In this document: one piece after another, positions 18,405-28,991 of the stretch
Numbering within the stretch: position 1 is the first letter of the stretch
Layout: each line of letters opens with the position of its first letter
IMG/VR virus record: IMGVR_UViG_2721755846_000001
Location: 5,152 to 69,151 of that record
Reading direction: 5' to 3' (one strand)
DNA length: 64,000 bases
Source: a virus
Lineage: Duplodnaviria > Caudoviricetes
Notes under the pieces: generated by a model
Databases searched by the model: none
What the model was told of the DNA's origin: nothing
Seen by the model: the letters and a program-made list of their open reading frames with translations, nothing else
Program-made: the position numbers and the translations under genes

Positions 18405-19857
18405 TGTTGTTGCCTCCCGGCGTTCCGGATGGGTCTAGTTGCGGTGGTACGGGCGCGGGTTCAATGGCCGGCGGCACTGGGGGTGCATTCGGATCAACCG
18501 GCGGTTGCATCTGGACGCTGACAAGGCCTGTGTGATGACCGACCAGAAGACTGATGTCTTCGTTCATCACGGCCTTGACAACAGCGTCAGGCTCGAACCC
18601 GGACTTGATGCCGGAGTCGATTGTGTTGAACTTGATCCGGACAATCTCCGCCCGGTCCTGCGCGTCCTCGCGCAGGAAAGCTATATCCCGGTCGTCGTAC
18701 CAGAGATGGGTACTGGCGCCCGCAGGCTTGAAGAGCACCTCAAGGCTCGCTGCGGCGATACGCCACAGGGGGCGCATCGTGCCGTCGGCGAAACGGCGCC
18801 TGTTCGCAGCCATGTTGCCCGCGTTGAGCGCCGAACCCTGCATGCCCTCGCTGAAGCCGACCCATGACGGCGGCACGCCGGCCGCGCTGGCTATGCGCGC
18901 CTCGCCCTTACCGACAGTGGCCGAAAAGTCCAGCTGCCGGAAGTCGTGCGTCAACGGCGTGACGTCGGCGCCGCCCTGAAGGAACAGCGTCTTATAGCTG
19001 TTCCATGCACCCTCGTGTCCGGCCTTGAACTGCCGCACGAAGGAATCGAACTGCTCCTTCTGCACGTCCTTGTCGAAGCGCACCACCATGTTCGGCACGG
19101 CTGCGTGATCGAAGAACGTCTTCTTGTGGATCGTCGATGCGGTATCGGCCTCGATCTCCCGGAGGACCGGCGTAAGCCACGACATACCGCGGAAGCGTGC
19201 ATCCGGATCGGGGATCGGCGAATAGTGCGCGACCTCTTCGGGCAGCAGCAGGACCGAACCGCCTGTCGGCATCGGCTCCGACGAAGCCATCATGCCGAAC
19301 TGCCGTGGCTGGTACAGGAAACCAATCACCTTCGCGTCTGCCGCGTACAGGTCGCCACTCGAAGACCCGATAACCATCGAGACCCAGTCGGGGCGCAGGC
19401 GCGCAAGCCTCAGCCCGTCGCCCGCGGCTGAGTTGCCGTAGCGTCCCTGGTTATCGACCTTGGTCCAGAAGCTGTTTCCAGCAAGCGATGCGTCCTGCTC
19501 CATACGCGCGAGCAGTTCGCCAGTCGTGCCAGTCGGCCAGGGGCGGTTAAGAAGCTCAAGCTCCGCATTCGAGAAGAGATCCCCCGGACGGCCCTTGTTG
19601 AACTGCCGCCACATGAAACGCGCTTCGGAGAAGACCATCTGCCGGGCGACGACACACGAGAAGATCGGACCGTTCCGCTTGAAGGCGCCTTCAACGTAGC
19701 CTTCGAAGTTGGTCTCGATCCGTTCCTTGTCGGCGGTGCTGCCCATCATGAACGCAGGTGCTTCGAGGTCCCAGAAATTCGGCTGTGACCAGGACTTGGT
19801 ATTGCGCTTAAGGAATGGCCACTTCCACTGCCACGCCATCTCTACCCCCATGCGCAT
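18394..19857 (-). CDS. Portal protein
   Basis: LAGNSF, LRPDWV, RGMSWL, IASAAGVPP motifs; start may be 19839. Confidence 0.95.
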   Translation of the reverse strand: MRMGVEMAWQWKWPFLKRNTKSWSQPNFWDLEAPAFMMGSTADKERIETNFEGYVEGAFKRNGPIFSCVVARQMVFSEARFMWRQFNKGRPGDLFSNAELELLNRPWPTGTTGELLARMEQDASLAGNSFWTKVDNQGRYGNSAAGDGLRLARLRPDWVSMVIGSSSGDLYAADAKVIGFLYQPRQFGMMASSEPMPTGGSVLLLPEEVAHYSPIPDPDARFRGMSWLTPVLREIEADTASTIHKKTFFDHAAVPNMVVRFDKDVQKEQFDSFVRQFKAGHEGAWNSYKTLFLQGGADVTPLTHDFRQLDFSATVGKGEARIASAAGVPPSWVGFSEGMQGSALNAGNMAANRRRFADGTMRPLWRIAAASLEVLFKPAGASTHLWYDDRDIAFLREDAQDRAEIVRIKFNTIDSGIKSGFEPDAVVKAVMNEDISLLVGHHTGLVSVQMQPPVDPNAPPVPPAIEPAPVPPQLDPSGTPGGNNNGA

Positions 19858-21416
19858 CCGGCTTCGACAACAGGCTTATGGACAGTGCGCTGCAAGCCCC
19901 ACACGGCCAGCGTCGCGGCTTGCAAAGGAGAGATGTCAACGGCCGTTCCCGGCTGGTCCCACGCCCAGAGCCCGGCAGTCACACGCTTGTCGGCGCCGGC
20001 TACCGCGTTCGTCAAAGGGACTTGATCGAGGTGGACCAGCGTCGAATGATTGCCCTTGATCGGCACCACCGCGCTGCCCAACGTCCCGCACGCCTGCGCG
20101 TATTCGCGGACCGTAGGCGAGACCACGCTGACGCCCCGCTCAACGAGTGCCGGGATCAGAGCGCCGGTCTGGCTCGCGCCGTTGATGACCACAGCCTTCG
20201 GCTTCCACCGCTCGCTCAACTCAACGAGGCGCTGTACAAGCCACCGGTCACCGGGCCGGTAATCGAGGGCGTCAGCGGACGTGATCTCGACATGCGTCAA
20301 TCCGTCCGGGTTCATTCCGGCGACGACGATGCACGCCATCTTCCGGTCAGGTGTCAACTGTGCGCCGAACGCCAGATCCCCGACAGGCGAGCTGAGTTCG
20401 TCGATGCACGCCTTCCAGTTCGCCTCGGGAACAACGCGCCACGCCTCGCCCTCAACGGGCCAGTCACCAACGCCCAGCCGTTCGCGCGCAAACTCTTCCG
20501 CGGACATGGAGCGGCGCTCCGCTTCGACGTGCTCGACAGACCGCTCGGGAGAGTGCACGCCACCGATGCGGATACCGAAGCCTGGATTGGCCTTCGCGTA
20601 CGAGCGGTACAGGCGCGACAGCTGGCGGTCGCTCTCCGCCTGGTCCCACCGCGGATCCGGCTTCAGCTCTTGCGCATCGTGCTCTTCGCAGTCCGGCGGG
20701 CAGAACTGCGTGCACGGCTCGATGGACCATTCCAGGTAGCACAAGCGAGGATCGGAGCCGGCGACACCGCGGGCACGGACGCGACCAAGCGCGGTCGACT
20801 CACGGTTGCCCGACGAGCCGGTGTAGATGACCTGCGGATCAGGGACGGCGGACAGAGTCGGCAGGATCGAGCCGACCGCCCTGTCAGTGAGGATCATTGC
20901 TTCGTCCAGGACCAGGCGGTCACAAGTGAAGCCACGTCCGCCGCCCGCAGTGCGGGAGCGGAAGCGCAGGCGGCGCAACGCGCCGTCCCGCATTACCTCG
21001 ATGCCCTCCTCACCATGGGAGCGGCTGACGCGCTTCACCATGCGGTCGAGATCCGGCGTGTTCTCGATCAAGCCCAAGATGCGCTTGAACGCCTCAAGGC
21101 TCGTATCGAAGAGGTGCGCGGAGTGGATGCACAGCTCTTCGTCGAAGAGGAACAGAGAGCCCAGCTCGATGGCTTCGAGCAAGGCCCCTTTCCCGTTCTG
21201 GCGACCGACGATCAGGCCGATCTCAAACGCAGCCCATGTCCCGTCAGCACGCTGACCCAACGCATGGTCCAGTACGAGGCGCTGCCACTCGTCAAGGTCC
21301 AGCCCCGCGATAGAGGCAAGCTCGACAACATCCGGCCCTGCGCTGTAGACGCGCGGCGGCGCATGCAGAATCCGGGGCGCCTGATCTCCGCACCCCGGTA
21401 TGACCACGCCCGTCAT
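19842..21416 (-). CDS. terL: Terminase large subunit
   Basis: GRQNGKG Walker A, LVLDEA Walker B, DISPLQA nuclease motif. Confidence 0.95.
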   Translation of the reverse strand: MTGVVIPGCGDQAPRILHAPPRVYSAGPDVVELASIAGLDLDEWQRLVLDHALGQRADGTWAAFEIGLIVGRQNGKGALLEAIELGSLFLFDEELCIHSAHLFDTSLEAFKRILGLIENTPDLDRMVKRVSRSHGEEGIEVMRDGALRRLRFRSRTAGGGRGFTCDRLVLDEAMILTDRAVGSILPTLSAVPDPQVIYTGSSGNRESTALGRVRARGVAGSDPRLCYLEWSIEPCTQFCPPDCEEHDAQELKPDPRWDQAESDRQLSRLYRSYAKANPGFGIRIGGVHSPERSVEHVEAERRSMSAEEFARERLGVGDWPVEGEAWRVVPEANWKACIDELSSPVGDLAFGAQLTPDRKMACIVVAGMNPDGLTHVEITSADALDYRPGDRWLVQRLVELSERWKPKAVVINGASQTGALIPALVERGVSVVSPTVREYAQACGTLGSAVVPIKGNHSTLVHLDQVPLTNAVAGADKRVTAGLWAWDQPGTAVDISPLQAATLAVWGLQRTVHKPVVEAGCAWG

Positions 21417-21730
21417 GCTCCGGAGCCCCTGCGGCGCCGGCCCGTGCCCTGACGGCGCGAGGCGCCCGCACTGCCGCCCGTACTGTCCCGCTTGGCCTTC
21501 AGTTCGTCGTAACGGGACACGATCGTCTCGTCAGGGATCTTCTCCAGCGCTTCGAGTACGCCCGTCAGCCGCTGCACCAGCGCGGCAGTCTCCGAGCCCG
21601 AAGAGCGGCGCGGCTTACCGCAGCTACAGCAGTCGAACTCGCCGTCCATCTCTACGGCGATCCGGTCGCGGATCGCTTCGAGCTGCTGCCGCTTGCTGCC
21701 GGTAGAGATGACCTCGCCGAACTCGTTCAC
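21413..21730 (-). CDS. terS: Terminase small subunit
   Basis: 105 aa overlapping terL start; DELKAKR tail. Confidence 0.75.
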   Translation of the reverse strand: MNEFGEVISTGSKRQQLEAIRDRIAVEMDGEFDCCSCGKPRRSSGSETAALVQRLTGVLEALEKIPDETIVSRYDELKAKRDSTGGSAGASRRQGTGRRRRGSGA

Positions 21731-21736
21731 CCGAGA

Positions 21737-22981
21737 TCACCCCACCGTCGTCAGCTCGCGTTCATCGGCTTCGATCAGGAGAGTCCGCGACTCGGGAGGC
21801 ACCGCGAGGGTGCGGGAGTCCTCGGCGACAGGGACTGTCCGGCTCTCCGCTGTGACGTAGAGCGTCCGGTCGTCTTCAGGCACGACATACGTACGCGGCC
21901 CGACCAGGCGCGTCGCCACGTAGATCAGCGACTGAGGCGACGGACCCGTAGCAGCAACGCCGCCGTAGACCGTCGCAGCGCCGGCCCCGGAGACATGCGG
22001 GCGCGGGCCGACCACCGACAGCACACCGGGCGCCGCCACTGCGCCGGCCCCGGAGACGCGCGGGTGCGGCCCCTGGACAGCAAGCGGGCCCTTCGCCCGG
22101 ACGTCAACGACGACATGCGCCGAAGGCCGCGGCAAAGCCGCCGCGATCGCGCCCTCTGCGGACGCGCCGCCGTGCAGCGAAGCCGCGGGATGCGGACCCG
22201 TCGGCGTCACGGTGCTCGTCACCGTCAAGTCGCCGGACAACGCCGCCGCCGCCGGATGCGGGCCGACGGTCGTCAAGGCGCCCGCTACGGTCGCGCCTGC
22301 GGCCAGCGACGCCGTGGGGCTGGGTCCGGCCACCGACAGCACGCCGGGGGCGTTCACAGCGGCGCTCACAGCCGCCTGAGGGGACGGGCCGGTGACGTCG
22401 GTCGTTCCCGTAACGGTGGCGTCGCCGGTAAGGGCGGCACGCGGCGAAGGCGCCGAAAGCTCAAGGCGCTTCGTCACACCGCCCACGAAGAACGGCACGG
22501 GGGAAGGCCCGTTGACGCGGAACGAATAGGGGAGCTGCCCGTCCAGGGCCACGCCTGGGCGTGGTCCGGTCACGCCCAGCAGACCAGAAGAGCCGACCGT
22601 TACGGCCGCGCTCGCTGTGGGGTGCGGCGCCGTGACGGCCAGCGTTCCGGAGACCTCAACTGTTGCGGAAACGCCGACCGTCGGGTGCGGGCCGGCGACG
22701 ATCAGCGGCCCGTCGGCCGTGACCGTCACGGAGACGGCGACAGCAGGATGCGGGCCGCTCACGGCGAGCGTGCCGGTGACTTGCGCCGTCGCCGTGACGC
22801 TTACCGCGGGACGGGGCCCCTGAACAGTCAGAGTGCCGACCGCGGCAACCGTCGCGTCGACATGAGCCGCGGGGTGTGGCCCCGTGACGGCAATCGTGCC
22901 GGTTGCCGGGGTCGACGTCTGAGAACCCTGAACGATAGTGACGTACGCGCGCGCCGGCTGTCCGCGTCCAAGACGGGCCAT
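21737..22981 (-). CDS. Repeat-rich fibre-like virion protein
   Basis: About 16 repeats of ~21 aa (GxLxVxGP[HRS]P) plus C-terminal [ED]SRT-like repeats. Confidence 0.7.
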   Translation of the reverse strand: MARLGRGQPARAYVTIVQGSQTSTPATGTIAVTGPHPAAHVDATVAAVGTLTVQGPRPAVSVTATAQVTGTLAVSGPHPAVAVSVTVTADGPLIVAGPHPTVGVSATVEVSGTLAVTAPHPTASAAVTVGSSGLLGVTGPRPGVALDGQLPYSFRVNGPSPVPFFVGGVTKRLELSAPSPRAALTGDATVTGTTDVTGPSPQAAVSAAVNAPGVLSVAGPSPTASLAAGATVAGALTTVGPHPAAAALSGDLTVTSTVTPTGPHPAASLHGGASAEGAIAAALPRPSAHVVVDVRAKGPLAVQGPHPRVSGAGAVAAPGVLSVVGPRPHVSGAGAATVYGGVAATGPSPQSLIYVATRLVGPRTYVVPEDDRTLYVTAESRTVPVAEDSRTLAVPPESRTLLIEADERELTTVG

Positions 22982-22998
22982 GGGTTACCGCCTCCGGG

Positions 22999-23514
22999 TC
23001 AGCACTCCTCGAAGACGATGTACGCAATGGCCGTGAGCGTGGTCGCGGTATTGATGCGGAGCTGGCAGAATTTCGCTCCGTCCACCACGTAATCCCGTCC
23101 CAATGGGAACTGTTTTTCGTACTGGCTGGTCTGGCCGACGAACGCCATTCCGAATTCTTTCTCCGTGGTGTTCGTGACAATCGTGGTCGCGCCAAAGCTG
23201 CTGGAGCTGGTCCCCATGGTCAGGGTGGATGTCTTGTTCCGGTCCCCGATAGCCTTGATCGTCGAAGTGGAATGCGCCAGGTTCCCGCCGGACCCTGACA
23301 CCGTGGTAGCAGCGGAAGCCTGGACCAGGGTGCAGACAGCCGGGGTACCGGCAGCGGACCCGTTAAAAGACACGCCCCACTCCACCAGGCGGATGTCCGA
23401 CCCGGAAGGCGGGGCCAACTGGATAGCCACCTTAGCGCCAGTGGCGTAGGACGTCCCGGAGGCCATACCCGTCGTAGCGTCAAGCGCGCAATTGTATGCG
23501 ATGAACAGCGCCAT
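22999..23514 (-). CDS. Beta-rich putative virion protein
   Basis: 171 aa, operonic spacing. Confidence 0.65.
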   Translation of the reverse strand: MALFIAYNCALDATTGMASGTSYATGAKVAIQLAPPSGSDIRLVEWGVSFNGSAAGTPAVCTLVQASAATTVSGSGGNLAHSTSTIKAIGDRNKTSTLTMGTSSSSFGATTIVTNTTEKEFGMAFVGQTSQYEKQFPLGRDYVVDGAKFCQLRINTATTLTAIAYIVFEEC

Positions 23515-23524
23515 GATCAGCCCC

Positions 23525-24118
23525 CTACCTCGTAGCCGCGCGGTTCATGGACTGCGGCATTACAAGCTGCCCCTTTGGCACTAGCAAACGGCCAACGAAT
23601 ACGTTGTCAATGAAGACGAAGTCACCCGTAGTAAGTCCGGCTACACGCTGTACGTTCAAGCGCAGAAACGCCGTCGTAGCCGGCGTGGTGAACGAGTACG
23701 CCGGATACTGCGTCCAGTACTGGTTATCCAGCGGACTGCCTGATCCCTGAACAGCTGACGCGGTCGTCGTAACAACGCTGTTCACGAAAGCCTGAGCAGC
23801 GGTGTAGTACTCAAGGTTCACGTTAAAGGTGACGCCTGCGGCTGACGTGTAAAGGCCGAAAGTCAGCACATACGAAGTCGAAGCCGCCGCCGGAATGGCG
23901 TCAACGGCATTCACGCACAGCGCCCCAGTATTACCCGCGGCCTTCGTAACCTTCATGGACGTCGTACCGGAATTCGCGGGGTCCGTCGTCCCGTTGCTAT
24001 AGGCGACCGCCGTTGCCTGCGAGCCAATCGACCAGGGAATCACCCCGCCGGACTCGAAGTAAGCCGCGTTGTCCAGCACGATGTTCGCTCCCCACAGGGA
24101 GCGGTCACTACCCGGCAC
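23525..24118 (-). CDS. Stand-alone carbohydrate-binding-module-like protein
   Basis: Same motif pattern as the CBM-like domains in 2714..6676 (LEYY, WT, P, FIDNV). Confidence 0.6.
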   Translation of the reverse strand: MPGSDRSLWGANIVLDNAAYFESGGVIPWSIGSQATAVAYSNGTTDPANSGTTSMKVTKAAGNTGALCVNAVDAIPAAASTSYVLTFGLYTSAAGVTFNVNLEYYTAAQAFVNSVVTTTASAVQGSGSPLDNQYWTQYPAYSFTTPATTAFLRLNVQRVAGLTTGDFVFIDNVFVGRLLVPKGQLVMPQSMNRAATR

Positions 24119-24390
24119 TACCCAGGCCCTGCCGCGCCATAGACCAGCAAGTACGCCGCATCACGACTCGCACCCGCCGGAATAGTCACAATGGTCGGTA
24201 CGGTGACCGAGGCGGACACGGCAGCCGCGATAGTCGTACCCATGATGACGGCGCGCTTCACTACGGTGAATTCCTGCGCGAGGTCGACCGTGTCATTAGC
24301 GGTGACGTCACGCAGGGCATACAGGGCGCATCGGTCTGACTCGCCGTTCATCCACATCAGGGGAAATCTCGTACGCTCCAAAGCCGCCAT
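24118..24390 (-). CDS. Small putative virion protein
   Basis: 90 aa, stop/start overlap. Confidence 0.55.
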   Translation of the reverse strand: MAALERTRFPLMWMNGESDRCALYALRDVTANDTVDLAQEFTVVKRAVIMGTTIAAAVSASVTVPTIVTIPAGASRDAAYLLVYGAAGPG

Positions 24391-24403
24391 TTCGTCACCT
24401 AAC

Positions 24404-24817
24404 TCAGTGCGCAGGCTGGGTAAATGTACCGGAGGTTATTTGCACGCTCACGCCAACGCTAATCGTCGTCGTGTTCAACTGAAGATCCCCGCCGCCGCCC
24501 GTCGCCGTCACGTCACCGTCAAAGACCGTGGCAGGTGTTCCACTGAGGACCCGGAAATGTGTCGCAGTTCCGGCCGCGACGCCGGTAGTCGTCAGCGGAG
24601 TTGCGCCCAGCGTGATGACGCCGCCCGACGCCGCACCGAATGCGGGATTGTCCAGCGTGAACGTCGCGAGCAGCGTGCCGGTGATGGCCGTATTGGCGTT
24701 CACCGGCTGCGTTCCCGAATAGATCTTGATCGTTCCAGGGCCGCTCACATTGACCTGGTCATCGACTTTGTCCGCCATCGCGTTTACCGTCGCTGTGGCG
24801 AGCTGAACGTTCGTCAT
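24404..24817 (-). CDS. Fibre-associated structural protein
   Basis: TIKIYSGTQP...AAGTATHFR motif recurrent in phage virion modules; strong RBS. Confidence 0.65.
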   Translation of the reverse strand: MTNVQLATATVNAMADKVDDQVNVSGPGTIKIYSGTQPVNANTAITGTLLATFTLDNPAFGAASGGVITLGATPLTTTGVAAGTATHFRVLSGTPATVFDGDVTATGGGGDLQLNTTTISVGVSVQITSGTFTQPAH

Positions 24818-24832
24818 ATCTCTTCCTTCTAC

Positions 24833-25297
24833 TCACCATTTGCGGGACGCAGAACGACCAGATGAGGCAGTCGATTCGGGAGACTTCTCAGGGCGCGGCC
24901 TCAAGCCGGACGCATACCAGCGCTTCACGCCGTCCATGGAGGACTCAGGGCGCTCCGCACGGCAGCGGGCCTCAGCTACTTCACGCCCCGGATCGCACGT
25001 CACCACCTCGGCGCCGTACTTCCGGTAATGAGCCATGACCGCAGGGCGCGGCACAGAATGAATCACATAGACGTCGTGCGTCTTCACGTGCCGCAGCGCC
25101 TCATTGATCGCAGCTTGGCGCGCCTCGTACGCAACCCGCGCGAAAGGCTTCCTGAAGCCCCACTCGAAGGGGCCTTCCGCGGCCAGGGCGTTGGCGATGC
25201 GGTCATAGTCGATGACAATGCCGCCGCGCTCGGCATGCTCACGAACCCACGTCGACTTGCCGCCGCACGGCGGGCCGACCACGACGAAGAGCGCCAC
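24833..25297 (-). CDS. P-loop NTPase / kinase-like protein
   Basis: VVGPPCGGKST, IDYD. Confidence 0.85.
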   Translation of the reverse strand: MALFVVVGPPCGGKSTWVREHAERGGIVIDYDRIANALAAEGPFEWGFRKPFARVAYEARQAAINEALRHVKTHDVYVIHSVPRPAVMAHYRKYGAEVVTCDPGREVAEARCRAERPESSMDGVKRWYASGLRPRPEKSPESTASSGRSASRKW

Positions 25298-25300
25298 GGC

Positions 25301-25585
25301 TCAGCGGTTCTTGACCCGGATCGTCAACGACCGGTCATCGGTCCGGGCGGCTGACGTCGTGATCCGGTTCGTCACCAGATACGAAGTACCCTGCGTGCCG
25401 CCGGCCAGCCACGCTATGGCGGTCGTCGCGCTAAAGCTGGAAGAGTTCAGGTCCAGCCCCGCGGACACGATGAACTGCGACGCCGTGATGATCTCGCCGG
25501 GGGCAAGCCAATCCGTCCAGTCCCACGGGTAATCGAGCACCGCGTCTGGGTCCTTGATGTAGACAGGGATCACTACGTCGACCAC
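25301..25585 (-). CDS. Small Ig-like virion adaptor protein (KDP family)
   Basis: KDPDAVLDYPWDW..WL...RTDDRS motif. Confidence 0.7.
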   Translation of the reverse strand: MVDVVIPVYIKDPDAVLDYPWDWTDWLAPGEIITASQFIVSAGLDLNSSSFSATTAIAWLAGGTQGTSYLVTNRITTSAARTDDRSLTIRVKNR

Positions 25586-25601
25586 AGCGTCACCCCTTCG
25601 G

Positions 25602-26438
25602 TCACTTGAGGCCTGCTGTTGCCGCCGCTGCCTTGACCTGGTCGTAGAACGCCTGCGCCGTGATGCCGGTCGGGGTCGGGATGGGAGCAGCGCCGATCAG
25701 ATGCGGCACGGTCACGTCGCCCTGCCTCTTGAGGAGCGTGGCCAGCTCACTGCCCTGGAACCATGCGCGGCCGTCCAGCCCCCACGATTCGCTCCACGAG
25801 TTGTCGACCCACACGCGGTCGTTGTCGGCGTCGAACTTCCGGACGAAGATCTCGTGACCGCCCGCCACACCCGAGCTGTAGTCGATGGTGATCTTTCCAT
25901 CGGCGCCTGGGGTGTACATGCTGTTCTCCCACTCGATGCCGAGGGAGACCGGTCCGGCCTGGAGTGCGGAGACCACGGCCGCGTAGCTGAACGCGTGCTG
26001 GTACTTGTCTGAGAAGCCCAGCATGACCAGGGCCTTGGCCAGAGTGAGGCCGTCCGAGCCGGTGTCGTCCGGCTCCCACTGACCGGGGTAGCTGTCGAGC
26101 CTCGTGAGCAGCCGGTAGAGGTTGACCGCGAAGGGCTCGGCCAACGGCCATAGCGAGCCGGCCGTGAACTCGCCCTTCGTGTCCGCCTTCGGGATCACGA
26201 CCGAGGAAACGCCGGTATATCCGAGCGCGTCGGTGCCGAGGTGCTCGGGCGCGTTGTTGGGGACGCACGACCCGAGGTTGGCCTGATCGAGGATCGGGAT
26301 GTGACGCGGCCACTCCACCGACCTGATCGCGCTCTTCGGCATGACGCCGACGGCATACGCCGCGCTGCGCGAGTCGTGCTTGACGTGGCGTCCGAGCCGC
26401 GGATCGGTCGGCGTATACCGGTGCGTGGTGATCGTCAT
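25602..26438 (-). CDS. Papain-like (C1-type) cysteine peptidase
   Basis: DQANLGSC, GGHEI, DNSWSESWG catalytic motifs. Confidence 0.8.
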   Translation of the reverse strand: MTITTHRYTPTDPRLGRHVKHDSRSAAYAVGVMPKSAIRSVEWPRHIPILDQANLGSCVPNNAPEHLGTDALGYTGVSSVVIPKADTKGEFTAGSLWPLAEPFAVNLYRLLTRLDSYPGQWEPDDTGSDGLTLAKALVMLGFSDKYQHAFSYAAVVSALQAGPVSLGIEWENSMYTPGADGKITIDYSSGVAGGHEIFVRKFDADNDRVWVDNSWSESWGLDGRAWFQGSELATLLKRQGDVTVPHLIGAAPIPTPTGITAQAFYDQVKAAAATAGLK

Positions 26439-26454
26439 TGCGGGATCCTCGCGG

Positions 26455-26493
26455 GGTATGAAAATGCGGCCCTCTGCATAAAAGGCCGCATTT
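26455..26493 (-). terminator. Intrinsic terminator
   Basis: AAATGCGGCC...GGCCGCATTTTCATACCC. Confidence 0.6.
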
Positions 26494-26499
26494 CACTGA

Positions 26500-26946
26500 A
26501 TGAAGAAATACAAAGATCGCGAAAATAGATTTCTGAATATCGCCTGAATATCGATCAAGGTCAGAGGTGAATAGAACCCTGAATGGATGATCAAGCCCCT
26601 GACCTGCAACTATTCAATCGCTATTTCGCGATCATGAACGCTGACGGATTAGCGTCGGACACTGATCGTTGATCATGCCTCTGACCTGCGGTTATGCGGC
26701 GATCATGCACGGATTTGCGTAGAGGGAAATCTTGGAGATAAGAGCGTAGCGGGTCCCCCGAGAGAATAGGCCGGGAGGACCCCCACCCCCCTACCCTTGA
26801 TCGTCGATCATGCCGCTGACCTGCAATGATGGAGCCCCTCGTCAACGATCACTGGTCCCCTATCCGAATGAATAGATCTCTTCAATTCCTCAGGGAGCAA
26901 GATCGCGAGCCGCCTGTATGGATCTATTCAGATATTCAGGATCCAT
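26500..26946. other. Probable packaging (cos) region
   Basis: AT- and GATC-rich non-coding DNA after HNH; minus-strand GGGTAGGGGGGTGGGGG tract; flanking direct and inverted repeats. Confidence 0.6.
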
Positions 26947-27240
26947 TCACCAGCGCTTCGATGCGATGATCGGCAACGGCTTGCGCCGATTACTCTTATT
27001 GATATTGCATCGTCGATGTGATGGCTTAAGCCATTGCACATCATCGGGATCATCACCACGTGCCAGTAGTACTGGCAATGGTGGATCGTGGTCTGCCTGC
27101 CATGACCAGGGTGTGAGGTAGTGCAAGCTCAGGTCGATGGCCTTGCCGCACAGGTGGCACACGGGTGGTGCCTCGCGCCTGAGCTGGGCTACAGCCGCAC
27201 GCCACCGTCCACCGCTGCGGCCGGCCCGCTTCGTCGGCAC
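26947..27240 (-). CDS. Packaging HNH endonuclease (HK97 gp74-like)
   Basis: CHLCG, DH, SHRRCN..K motifs. Confidence 0.9.
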   Translation of the reverse strand: MPTKRAGRSGGRWRAAVAQLRREAPPVCHLCGKAIDLSLHYLTPWSWQADHDPPLPVLLARGDDPDDVQWLKPSHRRCNINKSNRRKPLPIIASKRW

Positions 27241-27295
27241 GCCGCACCTCCGGACATGGGGGCACAGCGTGCCGACTCAGGTAGCACAAGCGAGA

Positions 27296-28441
<1,146 letters not shown>

Positions 28442-28449
28442 CTATCTGC

Positions 28450-28483
28450 GGGCATAAGAAAAGCCGCCCTCGCCGGGGCGGCT
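28450..28483 (-). terminator. Late-leader terminator 2
   Basis: AGCCGCCC-CGGCGA-GGGCGGCTTTTCTTATGCCC. Confidence 0.7.
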
Positions 28484-28526
28484 GAAATCCGGCGCTGCCG
28501 CTCGTCGGGAGCGGAGCGCGCACAGC

Positions 28527-28550
28527 AAAAAGGCCCGCTCTCGGCGGGCC
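28527..28550 (-). terminator. Late-leader terminator 1
   Basis: GGCCCGC-CGAGA-GCGGGCCTTTTT. Confidence 0.75.
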
Positions 28551-28596
28551 GTGATCTAGGGTCAGGGCCCTTCCCGGGCACAGCTGACGTGGCTTC

Positions 28597-28625
28597 ATAG
28601 TGCAATAGATCATTTACATAGTCAA
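28597..28625 (-). promoter_or_regulatory. Putative late promoter
   Basis: TTGACT-N17-CACTAT in an AT-rich patch. Confidence 0.55.
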
Positions 28626-28825
28626 GAACCTCCGCTCATACGGCGTTTGGGCGGCTCTGGCAGAGGCTGCCCAGGTATGTGTGTCGGCAGCTCTTCGAGG
28701 TCCCACAGCGTGCGGCCGTGGCGCCCACGGTGGCGCGTTACGCGCCCTTCGCGGGCCCACCGGTACAGGACGCCGCGCGGTCGGCCCGTGTGCAGCTCCG
28801 CGGCCTCAGTCTCCGCGAGGTACAT
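28622..28825 (-). CDS. Small HTH DNA-binding protein
   Basis: EAAELHTGRPRGVLYRWAREGRV...LWDL. Confidence 0.65.
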   Translation of the reverse strand: MYLAETEAAELHTGRPRGVLYRWAREGRVTRHRGRHGRTLWDLEELPTHIPGQPLPEPPKRRMSGGS

Positions 28826-28991
28826 CGTCGCCGCCCGGTCGCTCCTGCTCACGAAAGATCCGCTCCGCCTGATCGTCCAGGTATTGCGTGTCGTGATCAA
28901 TGCACTCACCGTAGTCCGCGCAGGCGTCGCAGCCCTCCGCATCGGCTGCGAGTTCGGCACGGATCTCTTCCAGGGTCTTGCGCTCGCTCAC
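28806..28991 (-). CDS. Small Cys-containing hypothetical protein
   Basis: Overlapping operonic spacing, CDAC...C..H. Confidence 0.5.
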   Translation of the reverse strand: MSERKTLEEIRAELAADAEGCDACADYGECIDHDTQYLDDQAERIFREQERPGGDDVPRGD

